A stretch of 41,444 nucleotides of DNA from Desulfobacterales bacterium. GTDB taxonomy: Bacteria; Desulfobacterota; Desulfobacteria; Desulfobacterales; SG8-13. A program made the position numbers and the translations under genes. The number at the start of each line of letters is the position of its first letter. Position 1 is the stretch's first letter. The notes beneath the pieces are model-generated. The model saw nothing but the letters and a program-made list of their open reading frames with translations, did not search any database and was not told the DNA's origin. Shown here piece after piece: positions 18,311-28,068 of the stretch. The stretch lies in NCBI GenBank assembly GCA_049687935.1, contig JBAVJU010000210.1, positions 1 through 41,444 of the forward strand, in the 5' to 3' direction.

Positions 18311-19363
18311 ATGCTATTCGGAAAAAAAGACCATCTCGTCGGTTTAGACATCGGCTCCAGGACAATCAAGGCTGCTGAAATCGCCGACACCACCAAGGGC
18401 CGGACCCTCAAACGTTTCGGCATGGTCGACATCACACCCGGTCTTATCGAGGATGGGACCATCAATGAGCCGGAAGAGGTTGCCGAAAAAATCAAAGAAC
18501 TGTTCAAAACCTTCAACATCCGCGAAAAAAATGTTGCTGTATCCATTGGCGGCTATTCGGTCATCGTAAAAAAAATCAACGTCCAGACGATGGCCGAGGA
18601 TCAACTTCAGGACACCATTCATTTCGAGGCCGAACAGTACATTCCTTTCGACATCAGTGATGTCAACCTCGACTTTCAGATTCTCGGTCCGAACGAAAAC
18701 AATCCGAACCAGATGAACGTGTTCCTGGTGGCCGCCAAGAAAGAAATGGTCAATGATTATATTAAGCTAGTGAACCTGGCCGGATTGAATCCCTGCATTA
18801 TCGATGTCGAAGCATTTGCTCTCCAGAATATTTTCGAAATAAACCATGAAGTGAAAGATGAAAATCTCGCCCTGATCGACATCGGCGCCAGCAAGACCTC
18901 GCTTAACATCCTAAAGGGCAGAAATTCAGTTTTCATGCGGGATGTCTCCCTTGGGTGCGGGCAGATCAACCAGAAAATTATTTCCTTGGTAAACTGCTCC
19001 TTCGATGAGTCTGAGGCAATTAAACTTGGCGGGCAAACCGATAAAATTGCTCCAGAGGATTTAAAGGAAATCGTCATCGGAGTCGTTTCGGACTGGTGCA
19101 CGGAAATCCGACGGGCGATTGACTTTTTCTACTCGACCTACCCCGAAGATCAAATAAAACGCATTATGCTCAGCGGTGGCGGCGGTAACATCGCTGACTT
19201 CCGCCAGTTGCTGGCATCTGAAACCTCATCTGAAGTAACGACCATCAATCCCTTCGGAAACTTTGTATTGGACAGCAGTTTCGACCCTGCGTACATCGAA
19301 CAAATTGCACCCCAGGCCGCAATCACAATGGGTCTGGCCATAAGGAAGATTGACGATAAATGA
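18311..19363 (+). CDS. pilM: type IV pilus assembly protein PilM
   Basis: MLFGKKDHLVGLDIGSRTIKAAEI, an actin-like ATPase fold (IDIGASKT, MLSGGGG). I prefer the ATG at 18311 with a GAGAG RBS; an alternative start at 18293 would overlap the XRE gene. Confidence 0.9.
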   Translation: MLFGKKDHLVGLDIGSRTIKAAEIADTTKGRTLKRFGMVDITPGLIEDGTINEPEEVAEKIKELFKTFNIREKNVAVSIGGYSVIVKKINVQTMAEDQLQDTIHFEAEQYIPFDISDVNLDFQILGPNENNPNQMNVFLVAAKKEMVNDYIKLVNLAGLNPCIIDVEAFALQNIFEINHEVKDENLALIDIGASKTSLNILKGRNSVFMRDVSLGCGQINQKIISLVNCSFDESEAIKLGGQTDKIAPEDLKEIVIGVVSDWCTEIRRAIDFFYSTYPEDQIKRIMLSGGGGNIADFRQLLASETSSEVTTINPFGNFVLDSSFDPAYIEQIAPQAAITMGLAIRKIDDK

Positions 19364-19938
19364 TACGCATCAACCTTTTGCCCTTTCGGGCCGCCCGGAA
19401 AAAAGAGAATATTCGGCGCCAGATTTCGGTCTTCTTTCTGTCGTTTTTTCTGATGCTGGCCGTCCTGATTTATTACAACATCCATCTGGGCGGGCAGATC
19501 AAGGACCTCAAAACCGACGTGGACGACACGAAGAAGGAAGTCGCGAAGTTCCAGAAAATTACCAAACAGATTGAAGAAATCAAACAAAAGCTTGCGATTC
19601 TGGAGAAGAAAACCGAAGTCATCCGCACGTTGGAAACCAACCGGTTCGAACCGGTCGAGATGCTCGACAACATGTCGGGAAAAATCATCGCCAACCGGAT
19701 GTGGTTTACGTCATTTGATGACAGGCCCCAAAATGTCCAAATTGATGGTATCGCCCTGGACAACAAGACAGTGGCGGACTTCATGACCCGTCTGGAGGGT
19801 ACCGGGCTGTTTGGTTCCGTGCGCCTGCAAACCATTCAGAAGCATGTGGTCAAGGGCTCGGGACTGAAAAAGTTCTCCATCACCTGTAGTAAGCCAGTAC
19901 CCAACCAACCGAAAAAAGACCAAAAGAAAAGAACATAA
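19360..19938 (+). CDS. pilN: type IV pilus assembly protein PilN
   Basis: Canonical N-terminus MIRINLLPFR, a single TM helix and a coiled coil. The start overlaps pilM (ATGA). Confidence 0.85.
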   Translation: MIRINLLPFRAARKKENIRRQISVFFLSFFLMLAVLIYYNIHLGGQIKDLKTDVDDTKKEVAKFQKITKQIEEIKQKLAILEKKTEVIRTLETNRFEPVEMLDNMSGKIIANRMWFTSFDDRPQNVQIDGIALDNKTVADFMTRLEGTGLFGSVRLQTIQKHVVKGSGLKKFSITCSKPVPNQPKKDQKKRT

Positions 19939-19940
19939 TC

Positions 19941-20570
19941 ATGAAAAAGACCTCTCTCTCTTTAGATGCTTTTGAACCTTTTATCGACAAGATCGAAAAA
20001 CTTTCAAAGCTCTACCGGCTTCTGATAAGTGCCGGCATTTTTCTGGTCTTTATCGGCGTGGCTGTTTTCTTGTTCTACATGCCAAAATACGAGACCATCG
20101 CCAATCTCGAAACGGAACTGGCAAAATTGGACAAGGAGCTTCAGACGGCGAAGAGCAATGCCAAGGACCTGAAAAAGTTTCAGCAGAAGATGAAGGATGC
20201 AGAGGAACAATTTAAAATCGTCATGAAATCCTTGCCGGAAAAAGAAGAAATCCCGTCACTGCTGACCAGCATTTCAGATTCCGGCAAAGATTCCGGGCTG
20301 GAGTTTCTCCTTTTTCAACCGAAGGGTGAGATACCGAAAGAATTTTACGCCGAAATTCCCGTCATCATGAAAGTAACGGGCAAATTTCACAACATCGCCA
20401 TCTTTTTCGATCGGGTCGCCAGATTATCGCGTGTTGTCAATATCCGAGACATTTCCATGAAACCGGCCAAGGGCAACCTGTCCCTGACCACAGCATGCAC
20501 TGCCGTGACGTATAAATTTATCGAAAACAAGCCGGCGCCGAAGAAAAAGTCGGCAAAAAAGAAAAAATAA
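19941..20570 (+). CDS. pilO: type IV pilus assembly protein PilO
   Basis: Position after pilN; TM helix, coiled coil, and a C-terminal ferredoxin-like PilO pattern (IPSLLTSIS..., FHNIAIFFDRVARLSRVVNI). Confidence 0.85.
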   Translation: MKKTSLSLDAFEPFIDKIEKLSKLYRLLISAGIFLVFIGVAVFLFYMPKYETIANLETELAKLDKELQTAKSNAKDLKKFQQKMKDAEEQFKIVMKSLPEKEEIPSLLTSISDSGKDSGLEFLLFQPKGEIPKEFYAEIPVIMKVTGKFHNIAIFFDRVARLSRVVNIRDISMKPAKGNLSLTTACTAVTYKFIENKPAPKKKSAKKKK

Positions 20571-20600
20571 CCCTTTTTTAGAAAACAGAAACGATCAGCT

Positions 20601-21536
20601 ATGAATACACTGCGCGGCATCATTTCACTGACCATGTTGTCCTTTCTATTTACGGCGACCGGGACCTGGGACAACCAGGCTCTGGCGCTTGCAAAGCCTA
20701 CGGTGGTGCGGAAAAAGATCCAGATACCGCTGGAATCCCAAGACAATAAACCGGGTGCAGTCGTCAGCACTCTATCGCCCAAGGCCGATATCGCCAAAGC
20801 TGAAACGGTACAAATCACGCAACCGACGCCGGTTGCGAAGGCTGAGGGCGCCGATCAAAGAGCGAAATCGGATCTTGCATCTGGTCCGTCGGAGAAAAGT
20901 AGTCCGTTGGTGATGGCTCCAAAATTACCGACACCGAAAGTTCCCCCTACCGATCGCTCCGAACCACTGCAGGTGGATTCCGTATCTCCGGCTATTGCCG
21001 CAGCCTCAGCGCCGCCGACACCCATCGCAGCTTCAGAGTCTGCAGTGCCGGCGTTTTCTCAAGGGACGCCTTCGGCTGAGGTCGTCGAACCGGCTGTAAC
21101 CGTGGCGACCGTAACTGTCATCGAAGATAAACCGCCCTCCATCGTCGCCAGAACGAAGGACGGCGATCCGCTGCCATACAACCCACTGGGCAGGATCGAC
21201 CCATTTGAACCGCTCTTCAAAGACGAGCCCGAACTTGCGCCGTCCGACTCTAAACGGGATAAGCGGATTCCCCGGACACCGCTCGAAAATATCGATCTGG
21301 GTCAACTAAAATTGGTTGGCGTCATTTTGGCCTCCAGCGGCAACCGGGCACTGGTTCAGGAAGCCTCGGGAAAGGGCTATATTATCAAGGAAGGGACCTA
21401 TATCGGTGTGAATTCAGGGAAGGTGACCGAAATAAAAAATGATCGCGTCATCGTAGAGGAAGAAATCGAAGACGTTGTCGGCAAACCGGCAATTCGCAAT
21501 AAAGAACTCGTACTCCCGAAACCCCCCGGAGAATGA
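20601..21536 (+). CDS. pilP: PilP-like pilus assembly protein with a long Pro/Ala/Ser-rich linker
   Basis: Signal peptide, roughly 180 aa of low-complexity P/A/S/T/V-rich sequence, then a C-terminal PilP beta-domain pattern (LENIDLGQLKLVGVILASSGNRALVQEASGKGYIIKEGTYIG...VTEIKNDRVIVEE). Confidence 0.75.
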   Translation: MNTLRGIISLTMLSFLFTATGTWDNQALALAKPTVVRKKIQIPLESQDNKPGAVVSTLSPKADIAKAETVQITQPTPVAKAEGADQRAKSDLASGPSEKSSPLVMAPKLPTPKVPPTDRSEPLQVDSVSPAIAAASAPPTPIAASESAVPAFSQGTPSAEVVEPAVTVATVTVIEDKPPSIVARTKDGDPLPYNPLGRIDPFEPLFKDEPELAPSDSKRDKRIPRTPLENIDLGQLKLVGVILASSGNRALVQEASGKGYIIKEGTYIGVNSGKVTEIKNDRVIVEEEIEDVVGKPAIRNKELVLPKPPGE

Positions 21537-21540
21537 TCAC

Positions 21541-24315
21541 ATGAGCACCTCAATTGTAAGAGTCAACAAACGCGCAGCACTGGTCATTTTTCTGATTGCC
21601 GTGCTTGGACTGTCAGGCGGGTGTGCCGCCAACAAACCGGTGGCCAAGGAAGCGCTCGGCGAACAGCGGGCAGCTAGCGCCAATACCATCTCGGCGATTG
21701 TAATCACCGAGAATGCGGAATCCTGTATCGTGCGGGTTGAAGGCAGCAGCCAACTCACCTATACATCCGTCAGGCAGGATTTCCCTCTGGGCGTTCTCTT
21801 TTATTTTCGAGACACCCGCATCGACAGCGCCGTCGTTCCTCAGACCGTAACGGACAATACACTCATCGATTCGGTCGAGGCCTCACAGATCAGTGAAGAT
21901 CAGGGCATGTCACGGCTTTTTATTGCCCTGAAACAGGATGCGCCGTATGAGGTTGCCGATGATGATGGAACTGGTATGCGAATTGAATTCGCCAAGCCGC
22001 TTGCAGCACCGATTGCCGGTGATGCGCAAGGTGCATCTGAAGACCTGAGCGCTGCTGCCAAAAAGACAACACCGGCCTCCCACCTCGAAGGCGTTTACAT
22101 CGTGAAGACCGATGACCGGACACGTCTCAATGTAACGGCCGATGGAACTATCAAAAATTATAAATCCTTCGTACTCTACAATCCGGCTCGTATCGTGTTT
22201 GACATCCCGAACCTGAAAAGTACCCACACAGGAGAACAGGTGGTTCAGGCGAACACCGAATGGATCCGACAGGCGCGCTACTACGGCTATCCTGATAAGG
22301 TCCGCCTGGTCATCGACACGGAAAAGAACTACCTGAAGAATTACACGGCCACACCGTTAGCTTCCGGAATGACCATACAGGTTGGAAGCGAACCGCAGGC
22401 GGCGGTCTCTGCCGCTGCCATAAAGCCGCTACCAGTGGTTAAACCGATGGAAGAAAAACCGGTAGCGACCGTTGCTTCCGATTCGCGACCTGCCGCAACC
22501 ACCACCGCGGGTGCCGGTACTGAAAAAGAAGCATGGGTAAACCGGATCGACTTTATGAGCGAAGAAGCCGGACAATCGACGATTATCGTCGGCACCACCC
22601 GACCGGTTCAATACGAATTGAAAAATTCATCCGATAAACTCCTGCAGCTGAAACTCTTCGATACCAAGCTGCCGAAATATCGCGATCGTCCCCTGATCAC
22701 GACGCGTTTCGAAAGTGCCGTCAACCGCATCACGCCGGTTTACAATAAATCGATGCCGAAAACGACTCTGGTCGCCATCGAGCTGCGCGAAGCCGTGAAC
22801 TACGACGTCGAGCAGAAAGATGACGTCCTGATGATTCACTTCGGCCCGTCGTCAGTGGCGCCGATGCCACTCGAACAGGCCAACTTGCCGGACTGGAAGA
22901 AGATTTTGGCCCAAACCGAAGCCGGGTCACCGGCCATAGAGCATGCAACCGCGGAACGCGAGCCGATCGCTTCCCCGACTCCGCCGCCCATCGCCGCGCC
23001 GGCCGTGCAGCCACCGGCTCCGGAGCCTTTGATGCCAATGGCGGCGGTGGCGTCATACAAAGCACCGACCGTGACCACCTATGGGGCGCACAAAGTGTTT
23101 ACCGGAGAAAAAATAGCCCTTGATTTCTATGAGACCGATATCAAGAACGTGTTTCGCATCATCCGGGAAATCAGCGGTAAGAACTTCGCCATCGACAAGG
23201 ATGTCACCGGCAATGTCACCTTGACCCTGGAAAAACCGGTTCCTTGGGACCAGGTTCTGGATCTTGTATTAAAGATGAACCGCCTCGGCATGGTATATGA
23301 AGGCGATATCATTCGGATTGCCACCCTTTCGACCCTGACGGCGGAAGAAAAGGCCAAACAGGATAAGATCGCCGCCGAACAGAAATCCCAAGAGGTGGTC
23401 AAGGCGCTTGAGCCTCTGGTCACCGAATACATTGCGGTCAATTATTCGGACGCCAAAGGTGAAGTCCTGCCGCTGGCCGAGAAACTGCTGACCCAAGACC
23501 GCGGCAGCATCAGCGTCGACCAGCGCAACAATCAACTGATCGTCACCGACACCGTCTCCAAGATCGCTCAGATCAAAGAGATCGTCAGCCGCATCGACAC
23601 CGTAACGCCGCAGGTCGTTATCGAGGCCCGCGTGGTCGAAGTCAGCGAAGAATTCTCGATGGAACTGGGCATCGAATGGAATATGAGTTGGGGTCCGACA
23701 GGTGGCAGTAATTTTTGGGGCGGCGACGTGGCCATGAATTTCCCATCGAACGCTTCTTCGACAATCGGGTTCAACTTCACCAAGTTGGCCGGAACGCCAT
23801 TGACGCTGGACGCCACGCTCAACGCCGTGGAGGCCAACAAACAGGGCCGGATCATCACCGCGCCCAAGATCGTTACGCTCGACAACAAGAAAGCCAAAAT
23901 AAAGCAAGGCGTCGAGTGGCCTTATCTGGAACGGGATTCATCCGGCAACGCGACGGTAAAGTTCAAGAATATCGACCTGCTGCTGGAAGTGACGCCAACC
24001 GTAACACCGGATGACCGCATCCTGATGAAAATCTACATCACCAAAAACGACATCGGTACCATCACCTTGGGCGTGCCGTCTCTCAACGTCAACGAAGCCC
24101 AGACCGAACTGTTGGTGAACGACAGCGACACGATTGTCATCGGCGGTATTATAAAGAAAAACGAACAGGAATCTGAAACGGGCTGGCCGGGAGTAAAGGA
24201 CATTCCCCTGATGGGCTGGCTATTCAAAACGCAGAACGAAAACACCACCAACAATGAACTGCTGATCTTCATCACCCCGCGCATCGTTCAGCTCGAGCAG
24301 CGCCAGGCGATCTAA
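21541..24315 (+). CDS. pilQ: type IV pilus secretin PilQ with N-terminal AMIN domains
   Basis: Secretin C-terminus (GRIITAPKIVTLDNKKAKIKQG...IPLMGWLFK...NELLIFITPRIV). Upstream are three AMIN-like beta-sandwich modules. The ATG at 21541 lies 4 nt after the pilP stop; the track start at 21475 sits inside pilP. Confidence 0.9.
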   Translation: MSTSIVRVNKRAALVIFLIAVLGLSGGCAANKPVAKEALGEQRAASANTISAIVITENAESCIVRVEGSSQLTYTSVRQDFPLGVLFYFRDTRIDSAVVPQTVTDNTLIDSVEASQISEDQGMSRLFIALKQDAPYEVADDDGTGMRIEFAKPLAAPIAGDAQGASEDLSAAAKKTTPASHLEGVYIVKTDDRTRLNVTADGTIKNYKSFVLYNPARIVFDIPNLKSTHTGEQVVQANTEWIRQARYYGYPDKVRLVIDTEKNYLKNYTATPLASGMTIQVGSEPQAAVSAAAIKPLPVVKPMEEKPVATVASDSRPAATTTAGAGTEKEAWVNRIDFMSEEAGQSTIIVGTTRPVQYELKNSSDKLLQLKLFDTKLPKYRDRPLITTRFESAVNRITPVYNKSMPKTTLVAIELREAVNYDVEQKDDVLMIHFGPSSVAPMPLEQANLPDWKKILAQTEAGSPAIEHATAEREPIASPTPPPIAAPAVQPPAPEPLMPMAAVASYKAPTVTTYGAHKVFTGEKIALDFYETDIKNVFRIIREISGKNFAIDKDVTGNVTLTLEKPVPWDQVLDLVLKMNRLGMVYEGDIIRIATLSTLTAEEKAKQDKIAAEQKSQEVVKALEPLVTEYIAVNYSDAKGEVLPLAEKLLTQDRGSISVDQRNNQLIVTDTVSKIAQIKEIVSRIDTVTPQVVIEARVVEVSEEFSMELGIEWNMSWGPTGGSNFWGGDVAMNFPSNASSTIGFNFTKLAGTPLTLDATLNAVEANKQGRIITAPKIVTLDNKKAKIKQGVEWPYLERDSSGNATVKFKNIDLLLEVTPTVTPDDRILMKIYITKNDIGTITLGVPSLNVNEAQTELLVNDSDTIVIGGIIKKNEQESETGWPGVKDIPLMGWLFKTQNENTTNNELLIFITPRIVQLEQRQAI

Positions 24316-24332
24316 CGCATTCGGTAGAAAAG

Positions 24333-24372
24333 AAAACCCGCCTTTTCTGTGTCTGAGAAAGGCGGGTTTTTT
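24333..24372. terminator. bidirectional rho-independent terminator between convergent pilQ and the pilW-like gene
   Basis: AAAACCCGCCTTTTCT (24333-24348) pairs with AGAAAGGCGGGTTTT (24356-24370) with one bulged T and a 7-nt loop. A T-run follows on the plus strand, and the A-run at 24333-24336 gives a T-run on the minus strand. Confidence 0.7.
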
Positions 24373-24396
24373 ATTTGGATCGCGTCGTCAATTGTC

Positions 24397-25158
24397 TTAA
24401 GGAATATTTTTCAGCTTCATCAGTTCACTCTTTGCGGCCTTGGCTTCGGGAGAATCCGGTTTGAGCTGAACGGCTTTCTGAAAAGCGGACTTTGCCTTGG
24501 CGGGGTTCTGCAACAACAGATAGGATTCTCCGAGTTCGTAGTAGGCTTCTGAAGACGTCGGGTCACTGTCGATGGCCGCGGTCAGGGCCGCCTGCGCCGC
24601 AGCAGCATTCCCCATTGCCAGGTAGGTCCGCCCCAAGCCCCTGAGGGCCAACGGAAAACTGGGTTCCAGTTCCAGTGCTTTCTGGTAGTAGATCTCCGCC
24701 TCCTTGTAGTCCTTCTTCATGTAATAGGCATAGCCGATATTGGTCAGCGGATAGTGGGGTGTTGCATACAACAGATCGCCGGAGACTTCTTTGAAAATAG
24801 CAATCGCCTCATCATACTTTTTCTCATTCAGGTAGGCAACCCCGAGATTGTTTTTGGCAACTGCATAATCGGGCTTCAGCTGCAAAGCCTGTTTGAAGTG
24901 TGTGACGGCCAGTTCAGGCTTGTCTTTGGCCAGGTATACCTGGCCGAGATAATTCTGAAGAATGTGATCATCGGGATTCATCTGTTCGGCCTCCAGCAGG
25001 TACTTCAAGGCGCTCGTAAAATCACCGGCCAGATAGTATTGCTTGCCGAGGTCCCTGTAGGCGACTTCCCTTTTTCGTAAATCGGTCCGGTCTGCAGCGC
25101 AAGCAATGAGCAAAAGTGCACAGGCCACCCACAAAATTCGATTTTTTCTCATGTTCAA
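24397..25158 (-). CDS. pilW: TPR lipoprotein, type IV pilus biogenesis/stability protein PilW/PilF (Tgl)-like
   Basis: Signal peptide with lipobox LIAC, followed by about 6 TPR repeats. At 253 aa it is typical of PilW/PilF pilotins, and it sits convergent to pilQ. Confidence 0.7.
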   Translation of the reverse strand: MNMRKNRILWVACALLLIACAADRTDLRKREVAYRDLGKQYYLAGDFTSALKYLLEAEQMNPDDHILQNYLGQVYLAKDKPELAVTHFKQALQLKPDYAVAKNNLGVAYLNEKKYDEAIAIFKEVSGDLLYATPHYPLTNIGYAYYMKKDYKEAEIYYQKALELEPSFPLALRGLGRTYLAMGNAAAAQAALTAAIDSDPTSSEAYYELGESYLLLQNPAKAKSAFQKAVQLKPDSPEAKAAKSELMKLKNIP

Positions 25159-25225
25159 TGTCCCTCATCGGTCGGTTAGACGCCGGCAGCCCCGCGGCGA
25201 CTGCGCGCTGGGCTGCAAAAGGCGC

Positions 25226-26728
25226 TCACGGTTTTTTCAGGTTTAATCTGTCTGCGATCTCCTCGGACACGCGCCGCACGAACAGGTCGAAATCAAGGCC
25301 GCTCAGTGGTTTTCCTGGTGCCGGTAATTTTTCCAGGCCTTGCGGGCGGAGGTACAGCGGTGTGTTGATCAACTGCGGATCGACTGTGATGCCGTATTCC
25401 GGCGGGAACTGCTGTTCGAAATACATCTGCTGAAAACCCGCAAATTTCAACGCGTGGGCAGTGGAATCAATAACCGCAATGTCGCCGCCGTCGACCAGGC
25501 CCTGTTTCCGGGCAATCACCAGGCCGGCCAGAGCTTCCCCGCCATGGGTGCAAGCGATGTGACCGTTGCGATTGGCCAGCAGTTCCCAGTCCATGATGGC
25601 CTGCTCGGTCACTTCGACGAAAAAAACCCGTTGCCGGCCGGCCTCGTGGTTATAGCGCTCCACCAAGTGGATGACCCGGGGCATGGACACGGGATTGCCG
25701 ATCATGGCCGCCTGGGCTACGCTCGGCTTAACCGTGACCGGCACAAACTTTCGCTTTGACGGGTTCGGTTCAAGGTAGTACCGGTAAACCGGATTGGCGT
25801 GTTGTGACTGCACGCCGATGACCTTCGGCAAGTCGCCGATGATTCCGGCTTCATGAAACTTTAAGAACCCGTTCATCACGGCCGTTATGTTTCCGGCATT
25901 GCCGATCGGCAGAATGACGACTTTGTCGCGCAGGTCGTACTCAAAATCCTGGGCGATCTCATAGGAATAGGATTCCTGTCCCAATATCCGCCAGGCGTTT
26001 TTCGAGTTGAGCAACGCGACATCGTATTCGTCTGACAGCCGTTCGACGACTTTCATGCAATCGTCAAAAACACCCGGAATTTCAAAAACAGCCGCGCCAC
26101 TTCCGAGCGGTTGGGAAAGTTGTTGGGGGGTGACTTTTTTATGGGGCAGCAGCACGGCCGACTTGATATGGGGATTCAGATAAGACGCGTACAAGGCGGC
26201 TGCGGCCGAAGTGTCGCCGGTGGAGGCACACACCGCCAGCACCTCGGATACCAGTCCCTGGTGGATCAGGTGGTTGATGTAGCTCAGCGCGCTGGCCATA
26301 CCCCGGTCCTTGAATGATGCGCTTGGATTCTGTCCGTCGTTTTTGAAATAAAACCGGAGTCCGACTTTTTTCTGCATGAAACCGTTGGCTTCGATCACAG
26401 GGGTGTGACCTTCTCCTAAATAGACAACCGATTCCAACGGGATGGCCGAGCCGATAAATTCGTGATAGCGGTAAATGCCTTTCAGGGCCGGAAGGGTGAG
26501 CATCTTGCGGTAGTCGAGCACCCGTCGCCAAATCCCTCCCGAAATTGCTCGCAAGCGATCGACGTTGCGGTCGACAATCAGCAACACTTGCCGGCATTGC
26601 GGGCAGGTGTACAGCAATTTCTCGATGCCGTATTCCGCGGCGCACCCCAGGCAGCGATAGACGGGATCGCCGGATGGCTGCGGCAGAATGTAAGCACGAA
26701 TGTCTTCGGGAATGTCTTCTATTTTCAA
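25226..26728 (-). CDS. thrC: threonine synthase (long form with an N-terminal zinc-ribbon)
   Basis: PLP-lysine motif [10 protein letters not shown]; fold-type II PLP enzyme pattern. N-terminal CLGC...CPQC. The start codon is TTG at 26728, overlapping the serS stop. Confidence 0.85.
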   Translation of the reverse strand: MKIEDIPEDIRAYILPQPSGDPVYRCLGCAAEYGIEKLLYTCPQCRQVLLIVDRNVDRLRAISGGIWRRVLDYRKMLTLPALKGIYRYHEFIGSAIPLESVVYLGEGHTPVIEANGFMQKKVGLRFYFKNDGQNPSASFKDRGMASALSYINHLIHQGLVSEVLAVCASTGDTSAAAALYASYLNPHIKSAVLLPHKKVTPQQLSQPLGSGAAVFEIPGVFDDCMKVVERLSDEYDVALLNSKNAWRILGQESYSYEIAQDFEYDLRDKVVILPIGNAGNITAVMNGFLKFHEAGIIGDLPKVIGVQSQHANPVYRYYLEPNPSKRKFVPVTVKPSVAQAAMIGNPVSMPRVIHLVERYNHEAGRQRVFFVEVTEQAIMDWELLANRNGHIACTHGGEALAGLVIARKQGLVDGGDIAVIDSTAHALKFAGFQQMYFEQQFPPEYGITVDPQLINTPLYLRPQGLEKLPAPGKPLSGLDFDLFVRRVSEEIADRLNLKKP

Positions 26729-27999
26729 AGTTTAATGACTTCCATGCCGCCCATGTAAGGTCGCAGCGCCTCGGGTATGACCACACTGCCGTCGGCCTGC
26801 TGATAATTTTCCAAGATCGCTGCAACGGTCCGTCCCACCGCAAGCCCGGAACCGTTGAGGGTGTGAACGAGCTCCGTGCCCTTTTTCCCCTTTTGCCGGA
26901 AACGGATGTTGGCCCGCCGTGCCTGAAAGCTCTCACAATTGGAACAAGACGAGATCTCGCGGTAGGCGCCTTGACCCGGCATCCAGACTTCGAGGTCATA
27001 CGTCTTTGCAGCGGAGAACCCCATGTCGCCGGTGCAAAGCGAAACGACCTGATAGGGCAGCCCCAGACGCTGGAGAACGGCCTCGGCATTGGTCAGCATT
27101 TTTTCGAGTTCACCATAGGACGCCTCCGGTTGTGTCAATTTCACCATTTCGACCTTGTTGAACTGGTGCTGCCGGATTAAACCTCTGGTATCCTTACCGT
27201 ATGAACCGGCCTCGGATCGGAAGCAGGGGGTGACGGCCGTGTAATAAATCGGCAGCCGGCCTTCATCCAGCACCTCTCCCTGGTGCAGGTTGGTAAGCGG
27301 CACTTCGGCGGTCGGTATCATGAAGTAGTCCCAGCCCTCGAGCTTGAAGAGGTCCTGCTCGAATTTCGGCAGTTGCCCGGTGTTGGTCATACTCTGCCGG
27401 TTGACGGCGAACGGCGGCAGGACCTCTGTGTATCCATGCTCGGAGACATGAATGTCTAACATGAAATTGATCAAGGCCCTTTCAAGATGGGCCCCGGCGC
27501 CGAGGTACAGAGGAAAGCGAGCGCCTGTGATCTTGGCGGCACGCTCGAAGTCGAGGATACCGAGTCTGGTCCCTATGTCCCAATGGGCTTGAGCGTCATG
27601 TCCGAAGTGAGGTGGTGCCCCCACCTGTTTGACAAGTGAATTGTCGGCGGCATCCTTGCCAAACGGAACCGAGGCATGCGGGATGTTCGGAATTTCGAGC
27701 AGGATCTTGTCGAGTGTTTCTTGGTGCACCGCCAACTCTTGGTCGAGTATTTTTATTTTGGCCGACACTAAGCGCATTTGCTCAACGAGAACCCTTGCAT
27801 CTTCACCAACTTTCTTCAAATCGGCAATCTGATCGGACACTCGGTTGCGTTGGTGACGCAGTTCTTCGAGTTCGACAAGAACACCGCGCCGAAGATCATC
27901 GGCCGTTTGGAACGCACTGATATCGATTTCCGAATGTCGCGCCTCCAGTGCACGCTTGACATCGGATAAATTCTGCCTGACAAACTTGATTTCCAACAT
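26725..27999 (-). CDS. serS: serine--tRNA ligase
   Basis: N-terminal coiled-coil arm, class II motif 2 ([25 protein letters not shown]) and motif 3 ([18 protein letters not shown]). Confidence 0.95.
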   Translation of the reverse strand: MLEIKFVRQNLSDVKRALEARHSEIDISAFQTADDLRRGVLVELEELRHQRNRVSDQIADLKKVGEDARVLVEQMRLVSAKIKILDQELAVHQETLDKILLEIPNIPHASVPFGKDAADNSLVKQVGAPPHFGHDAQAHWDIGTRLGILDFERAAKITGARFPLYLGAGAHLERALINFMLDIHVSEHGYTEVLPPFAVNRQSMTNTGQLPKFEQDLFKLEGWDYFMIPTAEVPLTNLHQGEVLDEGRLPIYYTAVTPCFRSEAGSYGKDTRGLIRQHQFNKVEMVKLTQPEASYGELEKMLTNAEAVLQRLGLPYQVVSLCTGDMGFSAAKTYDLEVWMPGQGAYREISSCSNCESFQARRANIRFRQKGKKGTELVHTLNGSGLAVGRTVAAILENYQQADGSVVIPEALRPYMGGMEVIKL

Positions 28000-28037
28000 A
28001 TCGGCCCTATATTAATTGTTATTTTTTCGGTATGTTC

Positions 28038-28066
28038 TTGTATTAAAGGAGGCCGTTCGCTATGAT
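28038..28066 (+). promoter_or_regulatory. sigma-70-like promoter upstream of the 6S RNA candidate
   Basis: TTGTAT (28038-28043), a 17-nt spacer, then TATGAT (28061-28066). Confidence 0.3.
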
Positions 28067-28068
28067 TT

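Noticed and set aside
21475-21540. Upstream start for pilQ listed in the ORF track
   Set aside because: It would overlap the pilP 3' end by 62 nt. The ATG at 21541, 4 nt after the pilP stop, yields a normal signal peptide. The track start at 28625 for pcm is rejected for the same reason.
25186-25216. GC-rich hairpin GCAGCCC-N17-GGGCTGC between thrC and the pilW-like gene
   Set aside because: There is no U-tract on either strand, so it is not a convincing intrinsic terminator. It may simply be GC-rich spacer.
26139-27089. 316-aa minus-strand ORF spanning the serS/thrC junction
   Set aside because: It is an off-frame read through two well-supported genes, and its composition is Arg/Pro/Ser-rich.
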